The notes below the pieces were generated by a model. That model searched no databases, was not told where the DNA came from, and saw nothing but the letters and a program-made list of their open reading frames with translations. This document shows, one piece after another, positions 41,001 through 54,309 of a stretch of 64,000 bases of DNA. Numbering within the stretch: the first letter of the stretch is position 1; each line of letters opens with the position of its first letter. The position numbers and the translations under genes were made by a program. Source of the stretch: Eledone cirrhosa (lineage: Eukaryota); assembly GCA_964016885.1 (NCBI GenBank), contig OZ024753.1, positions 4,960,001 through 5,024,000 on the forward strand. The letters run 5' to 3'.

Positions 41001-44000
41001 TGGAATCTGAAATAAAAGCCAACAGTATAAGAGGGGGTCGAATCATTATCACAGTTTTAATATCTGCTTTCTCTGCTAGCAAGAATTGGGTGGGCCTACA
41101 TAAACCAAGTCAGTACTGAAGCGGTGAATACTGATCTTCAGAGGGGGGGCCAAATCTCTTTCAAATCCCATCCTACAACCAGCAGTTGTTCCCCTATAGA
41201 TGCTTAAACTGAACATTATCATCCTTTTATGAAGGTAAGCTGAAAAGTTCATAGGCTGACTATGAAATAGTGATGCTAGTGCTGTGAAATCTTGTATGCA
41301 TTAATTTCAACTGTTCTTATTAATAACTGTATTGTTTCTTTCCAGAGACTATGTTGAAAAATAAACCTCCATCACATGAGAGTGTCTTGGTCAGCCAATG
41401 AACTTTTATATATGTTTTGCCAAACTAGAATGGGTTGGACATATTCTTTCTCTTTCTCTCTCAAACTCTTTCATTCACTCGCTCTATTTCTCTTTCTTTC
41501 ATATTCCATATGATGGAGGGTTTTTAGATGAATATAAACATCTATGTGTATCTGGTTCAGAACACACAATACTCACCTTCTCCATATCTGTAGTAATGAT
41601 ACTGCATGGTGCCACAAATATAAGAATAGCCAATAAATTGTAATAAATTATACAGGAACAGGTAGTTAAAGTTGACTGATGATTTAACTAGAATTAGAAG
41701 AATAAAGAGAACCAATAAATAGTAGAAAAATTGCTTTAAGTTGTTTTCATCATCAGAGACAATATTATAAATATGTATGTGTGTATAGACCAGTAACTCC
41801 TGATGGAGTCATAGTGATGCTGTCATGACATACAGTATGTCTAGGGTATTTTAAACCTGTCTGGGTACCCTCTCTCTCCAAGATTATAAATAAGTATGCC
41901 TGCATGGACCAGTAACTCATGATGGAGTCATAGTGATGCAGTCATGAAATATGGCATGATTGAGCATTTTAAACCTGTCCCAGCACATCTCTCCCCAAGA
42001 TTAGAAATACAATACTTTTTAAAAATAGAAACACCACAGTCATTCTTCCATAGGTTTATATTTCTTTGGAACACATTTAAAGTTCACATCTATTCAGTTT
42101 TACAATATTCGTAAATAAAATAATAAAAAGAACAAAAAATTTAAATAACAGACGCAAGGGAAAGGGAGGCTCTACGCCTCAGGTCTATGTGCTATATTTC
42201 AGCTGTGTCCTACAAACTTGATGCCAAAGCATTCCTGTGGGGAATAGCCAACAACACCCACTACAGCAGCCACTCTAATTCACTGAGGTCCCTTCATCAA
42301 GTGGGATGCATCATCCTGATTTTCTCTGAAGCTTCCCCTACATACCCCCTAGATAATGGACGATTAATTCGAAAGATTTGGGGAATAATAAATTGCTAAG
42401 GTAACTTTCAATTACTCACCCTTCTTTTATTTTACTTTCTTTCTCAATTCCCTTCTGATTATTACCTTAGTAATCTAACCTACTTGCATTGCACAGGTTT
42501 CTATACAAACAAACAGGTTTCATACTACACAATGCTTCAAACAAACTATCACACCGTATTTTTTTATAACCGTTTTAGAACATTTTTATCTATAATGCTA
42601 TAGGTTAGATCTGAAAAAGAGATGGGTTCGCCAGGTTTTAAAATACCCTAGAAACACTATATGCCAATACAGCACCCCTACAACTCCTTCATGAGTTATG
42701 GGATTAAATATGGGGTTAGACAGAAAAATTAGTCACAATAACAGCATTTACCTTCAGCTTGTTTAAGATCATTTTCAAGCTTTTTCATTATTGATGTTTT
42801 GGATGGCTTAAAGAAAAAATATAAATGAAATATTATTCAGTTAGAAGCAATAATTGACAGATCATTTTGAAAGAACAATAACTCCTTTAAAATTATTAAA
42901 GTCTAAAAGGCTTCATTGGATGTGCAACATAAATGTGAGAGAAAGGCAGAGCTTGGATGAACTGAGGGAGAAAAAGGATTTAAGAGGAATCTGAAGTGGT
43001 GTGCAAGAAAGAAGATTGTATTTTTGCTCATTTCTTAAACAAATTATCACAGAGAGTCATGGCAAAATTTATGAGAACATAGTTTTGAATGGAATTTTGA
43101 CTCCCACAGCTGGTTATCACTGCATACAAATACAAAATTATTCACCTCATAGTCCGGTTTTTCATCAGAATCTTCTTCGAGTGCAAATTTATCAAAATCA
43201 ATCTTTAACCATGGGTGTTTCTCTGATTTGTATGTTAAACGAGGCCAGACTTCACCAACACTTTTCTTTTGGAAACGAAATTCAACAGCGCGCTCACTGA
43301 TTCGGTAAAAACTTTTCTGAAAACATGAACAATATAAAACAGAGGCATAGTTACTATAATTGTTTCTACTTTGGCACAAGGCCAGCAATTATCCCAGTGT
43401 ATTACTGGTACTTTATTTTATCGACCCTATAAGGATGAAAGGCAAAGTTAACCTCGGCAGGATTTGAACTCAGACCATAAAGGGCCATAGCTCTTTGCTG
43501 CAAAGCATGGTGTCCGACCCTCTACCGATACTGCCAATCCATAGTTACTATAATGTGAACAAAATAGAATTATAAAATAGAACAGTCAATATGATTGTCA
43601 TTACAAACAAGTGTTTGAGTATGTAAATCAAGAAATAGCAATCATCATCATCAGGTGCCAGGTCTGTTCCAGACATCAGTGTTCATGGCTCTCCAGTCCT
43701 TGTTGACAGTGTTACGAATAAGGTCACTCTTTCTCATCCAATTGTATATATGATGAAAAATTACAAGCAATAAGGTAAATTGTTTGTATGGACCTATAAC
43801 TGAAAAATGGAGTCGCAAGGGCACCATTATATTGATGGAGTGTTGGGCACTTTCAACCAAACAGAGCTCATCCCATCTCCAGGTCTGATCACAGCCGATT
43901 TCTCCCAGTGAAGGAGAGAGAGTGTGAGGGAGGAAGTAAGAAAGCGATATAGAGGAAGAATCAATCCCAGTATTAGTATTTTTTTATCGACTTCATAACG

Positions 44001-46073
44001 ATGAAAGGCAAAGTTGAACTCAGAGTATACAGAAGACTGAAGCAAATACCACAAATCTTGTGTCTGATGTTCTAACAACTGTGTCAATTTGCCACCTTAC
44101 AATAAGTTAGAATCATTAAATAAAGTACTCATCCAAGAGGAGGAGGCAGAATTGTTAAAGCATTGGTTAGGATTCCTTGCAGTGTTTGTTCCAGCTCTGT
44201 ACATTCTGAGTTCAAATCTCATCTCTTGTCATTGGAAAAAATTGGTAATGTTTCTGTCAGTTGTGACCGACAGATAGTATCAGTAATGAAAACAGTTTCC
44301 TTGGTCCAGTTTAAAAAATCAGCTTCTTTTGTTAGCTGTCAAGACACTGCACCCTTTAAAACCTCCATGCTTCCTGAGATTCGCCAATATTACACATGAT
44401 GTCTCCCTCCATACACACGCACACATGTATTTCATGACTCATACACAGTTCATTTTCCTGACATTTGTACATTATTCTATGTACTATACATGCACCTTTG
44501 ATGAGTTGTAGTGCACCTGAGCACTACACAATAATTTCATTATTATTATTATTTTGAATAACAGTGAACTGAACAGAATACTTTCATTACAACAATATTT
44601 ATAAAGGAAAACTGAGAAAGAGATATATTTGCTTACCTCTGACTCCACAGGTAAATAGAAGTCAATGTTAAAGCAGTAAACATTTTCACCACGAACCCCA
44701 TGGCCAATAGCGTTAAAACTAACAGAATCTTCAGTGATGTCTATAGTTTCATCCTGAAATTATAAAAAAAAAAAATTGCTGTTTGTTTTTTTAAACCTTT
44801 AGCATTTACATTACTCTATATATACTATTGTGTTTTGAGGGTTTTATCTCACATAATATCGAATCTATGAGATTTTGATGTTATTTATTTTGAGAACAAT
44901 ACCTTAATGTCAGTATAAGCGACCAGTTTGAACAGAAAGAGGTGAGAAAATTCTGGCCAGATATGGTCGGTTTAAATGCTAAATCAAGGGAGTAATCAAT
45001 ACTCCCTTGTTATTAACCGGCAGCACCAATGTTGCTTCGCATTCGATTGTTTACGTTCAGAAGTTATATTCAACTGAATAACCAAGCTGTTACATTGAAT
45101 TGAACACGTAGCCCCACCTTAAATAGACCCGCCCCCAAATCACACGCAAAATACATGAAATAATATTAGAATGGCTTTCAAAACATCGGAAATTACTCGT
45201 TTTCTGTAGTTCACCCTACCTCAGAATTCCATAACAGTCGTCTCCGAGACGAATGTATTTTTTTTTTTTCTTTCTAATAATTGGTACAATTTAGGGAAAG
45301 GGGAAAGCCGATTATATCAACTCCCAATATTTAACTGATACTTTATTTTATCGATCCCGGAAGGGTGAAATGTAAAATTGACCACGGCGGGATTTGAACT
45401 CAGAATATAAAGAGCAGAAGTAAATGCCACAAAGCCAATCCATTAGGCGAGTGGTAACAATGAAAAAAATGTTCCGATCTTAGAGTTTCAGTTTAGAAAT
45501 GTTTAACGTTCAAGAGAGGTTATAAAATAATTTAATAACTATAAAAACCAACCCTAAAATCAGGGTTGACACTATCGCTATAACTGATAATTTTGATACG
45601 CTTCCTAATACATTTTCCAGCGAAAACAACAAAGAAATAAAATGCAAAAATAACATTTTTGTCCCTGAACCTTGGCCTAATGGGATTTTTCATAATTAGT
45701 TAAAGAGAGAATATCAAAACGCACATCTTATAAAATAACTGAAATAATTTCTATATTTTCATTGACGTATTTCACGATATGAATGAGCATCCTCGTAAAA
45801 ATATTCTATTAGCTTCAGATACATGAGAAACTATAACAAAGACAGGTGCGTGTTTTACAAGGCTTTTTGTTTTTGTTGTTGTTTTGTTCAGTGATTCATG
45901 CGTGATTCGACGATCAGTGGAATATAGGACAAAAGGTTAAGACAGAATAGTTAGAAAAGAAAAATACAGAAGTAGATTCAGCTACTCACACAAACATCTC
46001 GTAAATCCACTTTAAGAGATACGTGATCATTTTTTTGTCCCCAATAGACAAAAGGTCGCAAAGTCTCCGCCAT
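38058..46073 (-). CDS. HACD3: very-long-chain 3-hydroxyacyl-CoA dehydratase 3 (PTPLAD1), 10 coding exons, 366 aa
   Basis: Hand-spliced GT-AG exons with consistent phases: 46073-45990, 44753-44637, 43316-43146, 42806-42752, 41687-41577, 41006-40879, 40700-40591, 39668-39562, 39431-39300, 38143-38058 (1101 nt). N-terminal p23/CS domain (MAETLRPFVYWGQ..WPRL..WLKIDFD) and PTPLA domain (YLFLYNLLQFIGY, QVLGRNFIL, EVIRYPYYML, TWLRYSAWIVLYPLG, YMYKQRK). Ends in KKKK, a dilysine ER-retrieval motif. Confidence 0.95.
40357..40559. mobile_element. mariner-type MITE with TA TSD (HACD3 intron 7)
   Basis: TIRs agggtcgactacaaagttcttaggctgac and gtcagcctatgaacttttcagccgacccttgta. Further copies near 41229-41410, 53860-54045 and 14930-15134. 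Confidence 0.75.
43361..43539 (-). mobile_element. tRNA-derived SINE with 15-bp TSD, just upstream of the HACD3 exon 3 acceptor
   Basis: TSD catagttactataat at 43346-43360 and 43540-43554. Confidence 0.9.
43641..43830 (-). mobile_element. RTE LINE 3' end fragment
   Basis: Reading frame ends ..DWRAMNTDVWNRPGT* followed by a (GAT)n tail. Confidence 0.6.
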
Positions 46074-47571
46074 AATTCTGCGATATTTCAGCTGGACTTT
46101 AAACAACCAGACCGAATTTCACCGTCGATACCGGTGAATAGCTAATTAGTTGCCTAGTGGTTATTATTCTGATACGCTTTCTTTGGCATTCTACTAACAA
46201 TTAACTTTAAAAGAATTATTATCAATATTTACAAGTTTTAATTAACGAAATTTCAGAAGCTGATTCCATCCTCCTACTGTGAATTTTATCTGCAGAACGC
46301 TGTTGCAAAAAGTTCACAAGTAGAATAAGTTAGTTTAGCGGAGTTCCAGATTATGCGTACAAACCCTCCCCTTGCTTTGTTATACATTCTATTTAATAAA
46401 TAAAAACAGTTTTTGAATAATTGATTTGAACATCAGATTCAAAGGGGTTTTTTTTTGTTGTTTTTCTATATCAGAATTTTTTTTAGTAAATATCCAAGCT
46501 AAATAATTTAAATAATGTATATTCAGTAATGAAAGTAACATTACTTTCGTACCTTTCGGCAAGATTTTTTTTTTTTTCCAGACAATTTTCCAGAGGAAAA
46601 TATTCTACCCAAATAACAATTTCTAATTTAAGCACAATGCCAGTAATTGTTGCTGTGAGGACAAAGTCGGTTGAATCGAACCAGTACAAGACTGGTAGTT
46701 CGTTTTATCGACCGTAGAAGGACGATAAAACTGACTCTGGTGTTATTTATATTCAGAAAGTAAAGTGCAGAGAATTTTTCCCGATCAAAATACTCTACAC
46801 AAATAATGCACATAATTGTTATTCAATAAAAATGTAGATTTTATTAAATAATGATTTCTTTATTAAGATTTTATTAAATAATGAAACGTGTTTATTCAAT
46901 AATTAGAGCGTTAGTATATTACTCTGAAGGTCTTCGAAGAAGAAATCCCACTCAAGCAAGTGTTTCGATCCTTAACTTCTTACATTACATTCAAAGGGCG
47001 TCGGTCCGCATCCAGCTCGTGGCCCCTGGATACCTTTCTGCTGACATTTAACCATTCGAATATCGGAGATTTGTTGTGTATCTAAACTGTATGAAGATTG
47101 TTTACAAAATCTAGTTGTAACCCCTCTAACAATTAAAGAAAAGGGATGCTGTGAGAGTTATCTTCCCGTAATGTCAGTTACACAAAACACACCTACTACG
47201 CCAACACACCTACTACGCATGCGTAGTATGTGTGTTTTGTGTATACAGATACATAAATAACTCGATATTTCTTTTGTCAAACATTTCTCAATAACTAGAC
47301 GCAGCTATAACAACAATATCCTTCTAAAACACTTCGTAACTATCAGATCAGATCAAGCCAGACACATTTATAACATTTCTGTTTCAAGACGCAGCTATAA
47401 CAACGATATTCTTTATAAAACATTTCCGTAAGTATTAAAGAGTGGAAGTATATGTCCGTTAATATTGTAGCATTGTAAATTTTCATTAACACTTCCAACG
47501 TTTCGGGGTTCATATATATATATATTCATTATTGGAAATATAAAACGCTGTTACGAATATTGGTAACTCAG

Positions 47572-47803
47572 GTGATGCCTGTGAGGGTGTCCTGGTTATT
47601 TCAGCGCCTTAGCCCCGCCATCACCCGTAGTAATGCTCCGAGTGTGTTGGCTTGCCTCAAAGTGTGTAGTTAATCTCTAAGGTGGGAGGTGCGGCCGATT
47701 GTCGCACTTGAAGGTGAATTGCCCCCACTTACCCTATTTTCCGCTTTATCATTATTGTTCAATGAATTATATTATTATATTTTTATACAACTGTGAATAA
47801 AAA
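47572..47803 (+). mobile_element. CRE-clade retrotransposon 3' fragment
   Basis: SWLFQRLSPAITRSNAPSVL plus the 3' UTR tatacaactgtgaataaaaa shared with 57250-57885. Confidence 0.65.
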
Positions 47804-47965
47804 TATATCTAATAAGACCCACAACCAAAGTGAAAGATTTTGATATTGTTAGTCAAACGTCGAAGGGCATCCAGCTGTAGAAATCAAGCCAGAATCAGTT
47901 CCCGTCCCACCCTTGCAAGCAGGGAAAAGCGGACGTAAAATGAAATGATGAAATGATGATGATGA

Positions 47966-49135
47966 AGCCTTTTGCAGCTAGCAGTGGCAGTAGTTCCCTG
48001 AACTTCTTCCATCCCGTTCTTACCCTAGTTACTTTCTGAACACCCACCTCCGCTGCTAATTCGGTCACCTAGGTAGCAGAAGCTGTCTACTGTTTCTACA
48101 GAGCCCTCCCAGAGATTGGTGGTACTTGTTTCCTGTGGCTGTTTGCTGCTTGCTGTCCTAGCACAGCTGATTCATGTGAAGCCTACATTCTTAATTAAGC
48201 TTCCTGAGATCCCGCTAATCTCTTGTGTACCCATTGTTTGCATTTGGGGCAGAGAATGGAGTTCCTACCTACACCTTTCCTACAATCTGAGCAAGGCCAT
48301 TTCCCTGAGGGGATCTGGGTTCTGTTTTCTCGTCTACTTACAAGGACCTTAGTCTTTGTCATGTTGACTTTGAGACGCTTTCTTTCTAGTCCCTGCTTCC
48401 AAGTTTGGAATTTCTTCTCTAGTTCTACCATAGATTCAGCTATAAGTGCGAGGTCATCAGCATACAGGAGTTCCCATGGGCATCCGGTCGTAAACTCCTC
48501 CGTTATTACCTGCAGGACTATGATGAACAGGAGAGGGCTAAGAACAGAGCCCTGGTGGACACCAACCTGCACGCTAAATTCCTTGCTATACTCATTGCTA
48601 ATCCTAACTTTGCTAACTACTCCCCCATACATGGCTTGTACAGCTTTCACAAGCCATTCATCTACTCCTAGTTTTCTAAGAGCCCACCACGTGGAACTCT
48701 GTCAAAGGCTTTCTCGAGATTGACGAATGCCAGGTAGAGTGGCTTACTTTTAGCTAGGTACTTTTCCTGTAACTGCCTCACAAGGAAGAGGGCATCAGTG
48801 GTGCCTCTTCCTGGTACAAACCCAAATTGCATCTCATCTAGTTTCACCCGGTTCCTAATCAATGCTATAACTATCTGTTACTTTCATGACCTGATCCATC
48901 AGCTTTATACCTCTATAGTTTCCTCTATCTAGTGCATCACCTTTACCTTTGTAGCAGTTGACAATGATGCTACTGCACCAATCTTTTGGTATGACACCTT
49001 CTAGTATTACCTGGTTAACAATACGTGTGGTTATAGTGTGACCTACAGACCCAGATGCCTTCAGCATCTCGGCAGCTATACCCGATGGACCGGTTGCCTT
49101 CACCATCTTCATATCTTTGACTGCCTTATTTACAG
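47966..49135 (-). mobile_element. RTE-clade LINE reverse transcriptase fragment
   Basis: KATGPSG, NYRGIKLM, QFGFVPGRGTTDA, FVNLEKAFDRVPR, GVHQGSVLSPLLF and LLYADDL, plus a C-rich insert CSDC..CPKC..WVH. Frameshifted. Confidence 0.9.
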
Positions 49136-49660
49136 CATCATTTCATATATGAGCTAGGCCAATATACTTATACTGCTACAGTTTTTTAGTTTCTAATGTG
49201 AATTTCAGACTCTCAAAAGTAGTATCCATGTAATAGTTAACCACACGATTTTAACCTTTAAAATGTTTGACTTTTATATAAATATAGATGGTAAATGTTT
49301 TATATGAATATATATGGTAAATGTTTATATATAGATATTAGTTTAGAAATGTAATAAAATCTCTTATGTTGAATCTGAAGTTTTTAAGCATTGTCTATAT
49401 ATCTTATACTGTTTCTCTATTATTTCAGAATATCAGATGACATTGGCATGAAAAATGTTTTCACATCAGATACATCATCAATGTTTATCCATTTTTTAAA
49501 GATTAAATGAAGATGTTATACAGAACAGATACAATTGTCTATATAAATTTATGGTGAATTGTAGTGAAATATTTCTTCTGAACTGAGATTAGCAGCAACA
49601 CATCTTTCCATTCTTGTCTTAAACATGTACAAAATATTTTGTATTGTAATCAAATTTTAA

Positions 49661-49881
49661 CCTTTTAGCATTTACATTACTCTATATATAATATTGTATT
49701 TTCATGGTAAAGACTTTATCTTACATAATTATCTCACATAATATCGAATCTACAAGATTTTGATGTTATTTATTTTGAGAAGAATACCTTAACGTCAGTC
49801 TGAGCAGCTGGTTATAGTCGGTTTCAATAGAAAGAAGTGAGTGAATTCTAGCCAGACACTGCCAGTTTAAATGCTAAAGGG
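49661..49881. mobile_element. piggyBac-type MITE with TTAA TSD in the probable 5' UTR of the ZNF gene
   Basis: ttaa|ccttttagcattta ... taaatgctaaaggg|ttaa. Confidence 0.8.
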
Positions 49882-50083
49882 TTAATAGATTTACTAAGGA
49901 CTTTGCAAACCATTTTAGATATGGACAAAGATCACAGTTGATGGAAATATAGCATTAGGAATATTTAATTGACTTCAGAATATATAAAAATGAAAGCAAA
50001 AAATATGTATATATTGAATTGAAAGAAAGGTTATCGAAAAATTATTTATAGAACTTTAATGGATTGAATATTCTTCAAAAGAG

Positions 50084-51037
50084 ATGTCAAAAGAAACTAG
50101 AAAATTATACCAGTGTGATATCTGTGGTATATCATTCTCCCAAAAGGGTAACCGAACTGCTCATAAACGTATTCATACTGGAGAGAAACCATATCACTGT
50201 GATATCTGTGGCAAATCATTCTCTGTTAGTTGTAACTTAACTACTCACAAACGTATTCATACAGGAGAGAAACCATATCACTGCGATATATGTGGGAAAT
50301 TCTTCTCTCATAGAAATGCTTTAACCATACACAAACTTATTCATACAGGAGGGAAGCCATATCACTGTGATATCTGTGGCAAATCATTCTCTCAAAATGG
50401 TGGATTAACTTCTCACAAACTCATTCATACTGGAGAAAAACCATATCATTGTGATATTTGTGGTAAATCATTCTCTACAGGAAGTAGTCTAACTACTCAC
50501 AAACGCATTCATACAGGAGAAAAACCATACCAATGTGATATCTGTGGTAAATCATTCACTCAAATAAGTAACTTAATTGCCCACAAACGTATTCATACAG
50601 GAGAAAAGCCATATCACTGTGGTATTTGTGGTAAATCATTCTCTGTAACTAGTCATTTAACTAAACACAAACAGATTCACACAGGAGAAAAACCATATAA
50701 CTGTGATATCTGTGATAAATCATTCTCTACAGGAAGTAGCTTAACTATTCATATGCGCATTCATACAGGAGAAAAACCATATCACTGTGATATCTGTGGT
50801 AAATCATTCTCTCAAATAAATACCTTAACTATACACAAACATATTCATACAGGAGAGAAACCATATCAATGTGATATATGTGATAAATCATTCTCTCATG
50901 GAAATGCCTTATCTATGCACAAACTTATTCATACAGTAAAGCTATATCACTGTGATATCTGTGGTAAATCATTTTCTGTAAGCAGTAACTTGGCTAATCA
51001 CAAGTGTATTCATACAAGAGAAAATCGATATCAGTGA
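50084..51037 (+). CDS. tandem C2H2 zinc-finger protein, 11 fingers, 317 aa
   Basis: Eleven CxxC-x12-HxxxH repeats, mostly with TGEKPY linkers. Candidate non-coding first exon ending at 47427 (c|gtaagt) and acceptor tttcag at 49428. Decayed finger-like sequence continues past the stop to about 51190. Confidence 0.93.
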   Translation: MSKETRKLYQCDICGISFSQKGNRTAHKRIHTGEKPYHCDICGKSFSVSCNLTTHKRIHTGEKPYHCDICGKFFSHRNALTIHKLIHTGGKPYHCDICGKSFSQNGGLTSHKLIHTGEKPYHCDICGKSFSTGSSLTTHKRIHTGEKPYQCDICGKSFTQISNLIAHKRIHTGEKPYHCGICGKSFSVTSHLTKHKQIHTGEKPYNCDICDKSFSTGSSLTIHMRIHTGEKPYHCDICGKSFSQINTLTIHKHIHTGEKPYQCDICDKSFSHGNALSMHKLIHTVKLYHCDICGKSFSVSSNLANHKCIHTRENRYQ

Positions 51038-51549
51038 TATCTGAGGTGAATGATTCTTGAATATACATGTAGATATTCTTACAAAAAAGAAACATCACTG
51101 TAATATCTATAGTAAATCATTTTCCTCCAAATGTCACTAACTAGACATGTAGGTTTTCAAACAGAAAAGTAAGTGTATCAGTGTCAAAATTTGATTTATG
51201 GCAAATATATCTCGACAAGTGAACCATTTAATCTTTGATGTTGAAAAATTCATTTTGGTATAACTGTAATTTTTAGAACATTCACTCTTTTTCATAAGCT
51301 AATCTAGTAATTTCATCAACACACAGCAAGTGTGCTCCATTTATGAAAGTATAAATATTCATCATCATCATCATAATTATCAATATTGATACTTTTCTAT
51401 ATGGTGGGTCTATGTGCTACTTACAGTGTTTTTGTTTTTTTTCATTCATAAACCTTATTGATCAAATAACTAGAAAAAAGAAAAAAAAATGAATTTTATC
51501 AACACAAAATTTAATAGTAAAGTTACTGCATTCTATTTACAATAAACTA

Positions 51550-53250
51550 TCAAAATCTCATTATCTCCATTGTTACTATCATTTTACATCTACTTTTTAA
51601 GTGAAAATGGCAAGAGCTTTAGCTGTTTAAATTGTTTTGGTTCCTCATACTCACATCATCAACTTTAGCACAGTGCTGTTCCATCTCAATGAGGCCATCA
51701 TTAGATATTTTCTTACCTTGTGATTCAAATTTCTCCATTATATCTTCATTTATTTCATTAAATCCAACTTAATGTGCTAGCCCAGCAATCTCTTGGTATA
51801 CTTTTTGTATTGCCTCCTGAAAACCCCGGAAGTCTGCAATGCAGTCTGGATAGCTTTTACTCCAGACAAGATTTATTGTGATTGTTTTTATCTTTTGTAA
51901 TGTCTCTCTCAGATTTTTCAGTAGCATTTATGATCCTTTACAGCAAGTTTAGTTTTACCATCTAAGAATTTAATTACTTTACCCTTTAGCATTTACATTA
52001 CTTTATATATATACTATTGAGATTTTGATGTTATTTATTTTGAGTACAATACCTTAACATCAGTATGAGCTGCACGTTACAGCTGGTTTGAACAGAAAGA
52101 GGTGAGAGAATTCTGGCCAGATACAGCTGATTTAAATGCTAAAAGGTTAAAGGTGCACTGTAAAAAGTGAGCTTTGAATGTAACAATAACTCCCTAGTTC
52201 ATAGGTTGAATGAATTTGGAAGCAAAAATAGCTACTTGAACATTATGCCAAGACTCGCAGGTTATGAGAGGCCAGGAGAATTACCAACAAGGAACAGGGT
52301 TTTATTTTAAAGGTCCTTAACCAGACAGTATACTCTAACAGTTAGTCTAAAACACAATGTAAACTCATCTTGGAATACTGTTCTGGTGATTAGAAAGATG
52401 AAGTAACTTTTCAAGCAGCCAATGGTTTAAGGTTTAGATTTCCTGAAGCATATTTCATATCATTGTGCAGTATTTTCTTCTTTCGAAATAGAAGTTCATT
52501 TTACCAGTCATTTTCAAAATAAGTATGTCTCAACTGTGTTATAAAACTGTGCTGCTGTGTATATCCTTCATGAATAAAAATGTTCAATAAAACTGGAAAG
52601 CAACTGTGATTTATTTGTCAGCAATTGCAAACTCTTGTTATCTGTATCTTATGGAATTTTGAGTAATTTTTGAAATGATTAAACTAACCAGGACTTGTTA
52701 CAAAATTTTTACTTTCAGCACTAGGACTATTTTTTCTTTAGGCCATCAATTAAACTTAAACCTTTTCTTATTTGCCATGAAAAGGGGTGGTTGGCAGTAT
52801 TGGTAGATTGTCAAACAACATGCTTAGTTGCATAGATTTGTAGACCTTTATGTTCTGAGTTCAAATCCTGCCATGATTAGCTTTGCCTTTTACGGAGTGC
52901 GATAATATAAAGTACCAGTAATGCACAGGGAGCGATTTAATCGAATTTCCCCTCCCCGAAAATTGTTGGACTTGTATATAAATCAGAAACCAGTATTTGC
53001 CATGTAACAAATATAGAGTTACATTGATACATAACCTCCATATACAAGTTTAAAAGTCTCCATATTTAGCATTATATTGGTTCTATTTCTTAGCAGCGAA
53101 AGGTCTTAAAGTTTTTTTGTCATTACTGTGAATTGTTTGTGCAGTCATTGGTTTCACACTGAGAAGTTCTGCAGCTTGCTATCCAATGTCTGAAACGCTT
53201 CTAAGTATTTATTGTGCATAGACAGGTTCAGAGTGCATGTTTAGTATTCA
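51550..53250 (-). mobile_element. decayed Tigger/pogo transposase relic, interrupted by a piggyBac MITE and a SINE
   Basis: Minus-strand pieces LFLVGNSPG, FIQPMN*GVIVTFKAHFL and INLVWSKSYPDCIADFRGF..EIAGLAH*VGFNEINEDIMEKFES match the Tigger DDE and C-terminal blocks. The upstream boundary is uncertain. Confidence 0.7.
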
Positions 53251-54309
53251 TTGCAACAGAAATAAATTAGGAAATAAATACGCAGCAAAAATTGTAAAAA
53301 GCACTTTCTACCAGAACTCAGTTCAAAATCAAATAATAAGAATAATAAAAACTGTTTATTTTTTGGAAAAACCTGGAACACTTAAATTAGTAATTTTGGT
53401 GACATGACAAAAAGTGCCCAGTTTACACAACAAAAAGCACTCAGTCCACACTGAAAAGTGGTTGTATTGGTGACGTGACATGACAAAAAGTGCCCAGCCC
53501 ACACTGTAAATGTGGTTGGTGTTAGGAAGGGTATAGAAACCTGGCCAGAAACAGTTCGGTATGAGGGTCACTTGACCTGACTTTTCTCAAATGGGACAAC
53601 TAGTGTGGAAAAAAGTACGACCCTGTAAATGTTGTCAGCATTTGGTAAGTTATCCAGCCTTAGAAACCAAGCCAGAAATAGTTCTGTATGAACAAGACAA
53701 GCTCACCTGATCTGACTTCTCTCACAATGTCAGCCAAGAAAAATTAACCATGAAATCATGAAGAAATCATTATAAATAAGTTATATAGGTCTTACCAATG
53801 ACAGAATCATTTACTAGATGGAATACATTTATAATAAATTCCACACAAGAATACACATATGATAAGAAAGCCAGTTGAAAAGTTCAAAGGCTGGCTATGA
53901 AGGAGTGGTGCTAGCATTGTCAAATCTTGCATGCATTAATTTCAACTCTTCTTATTAATAACTGCATTGTTTCCAGGGACTATGTCAGAAAATAAACCTC
54001 ATTTAGCCATTCCATGAAAGTGTCTTGGTCAGCCAACCCTCGTATAAGATATTATACATGTACCTTATTACGGAATGATGAAAATTTTTTTTTCACATAA
54101 CTATAAAGTGAGGTAAATCTGATTTATGAAAATACATTGCCAGCTATTTACCTATAACATCAAATAAATGGAGTATTTTTTATTTGAAAATGTTAGATGA
54201 AATATATATATGAGTATTTTGAAAGAATAATTTTATTAAAAATATCACACCAATGTAGATATAGTTGAGTTTATATAAAATAACATCTTATGAAGTTATC
54301 CGAATGTTG

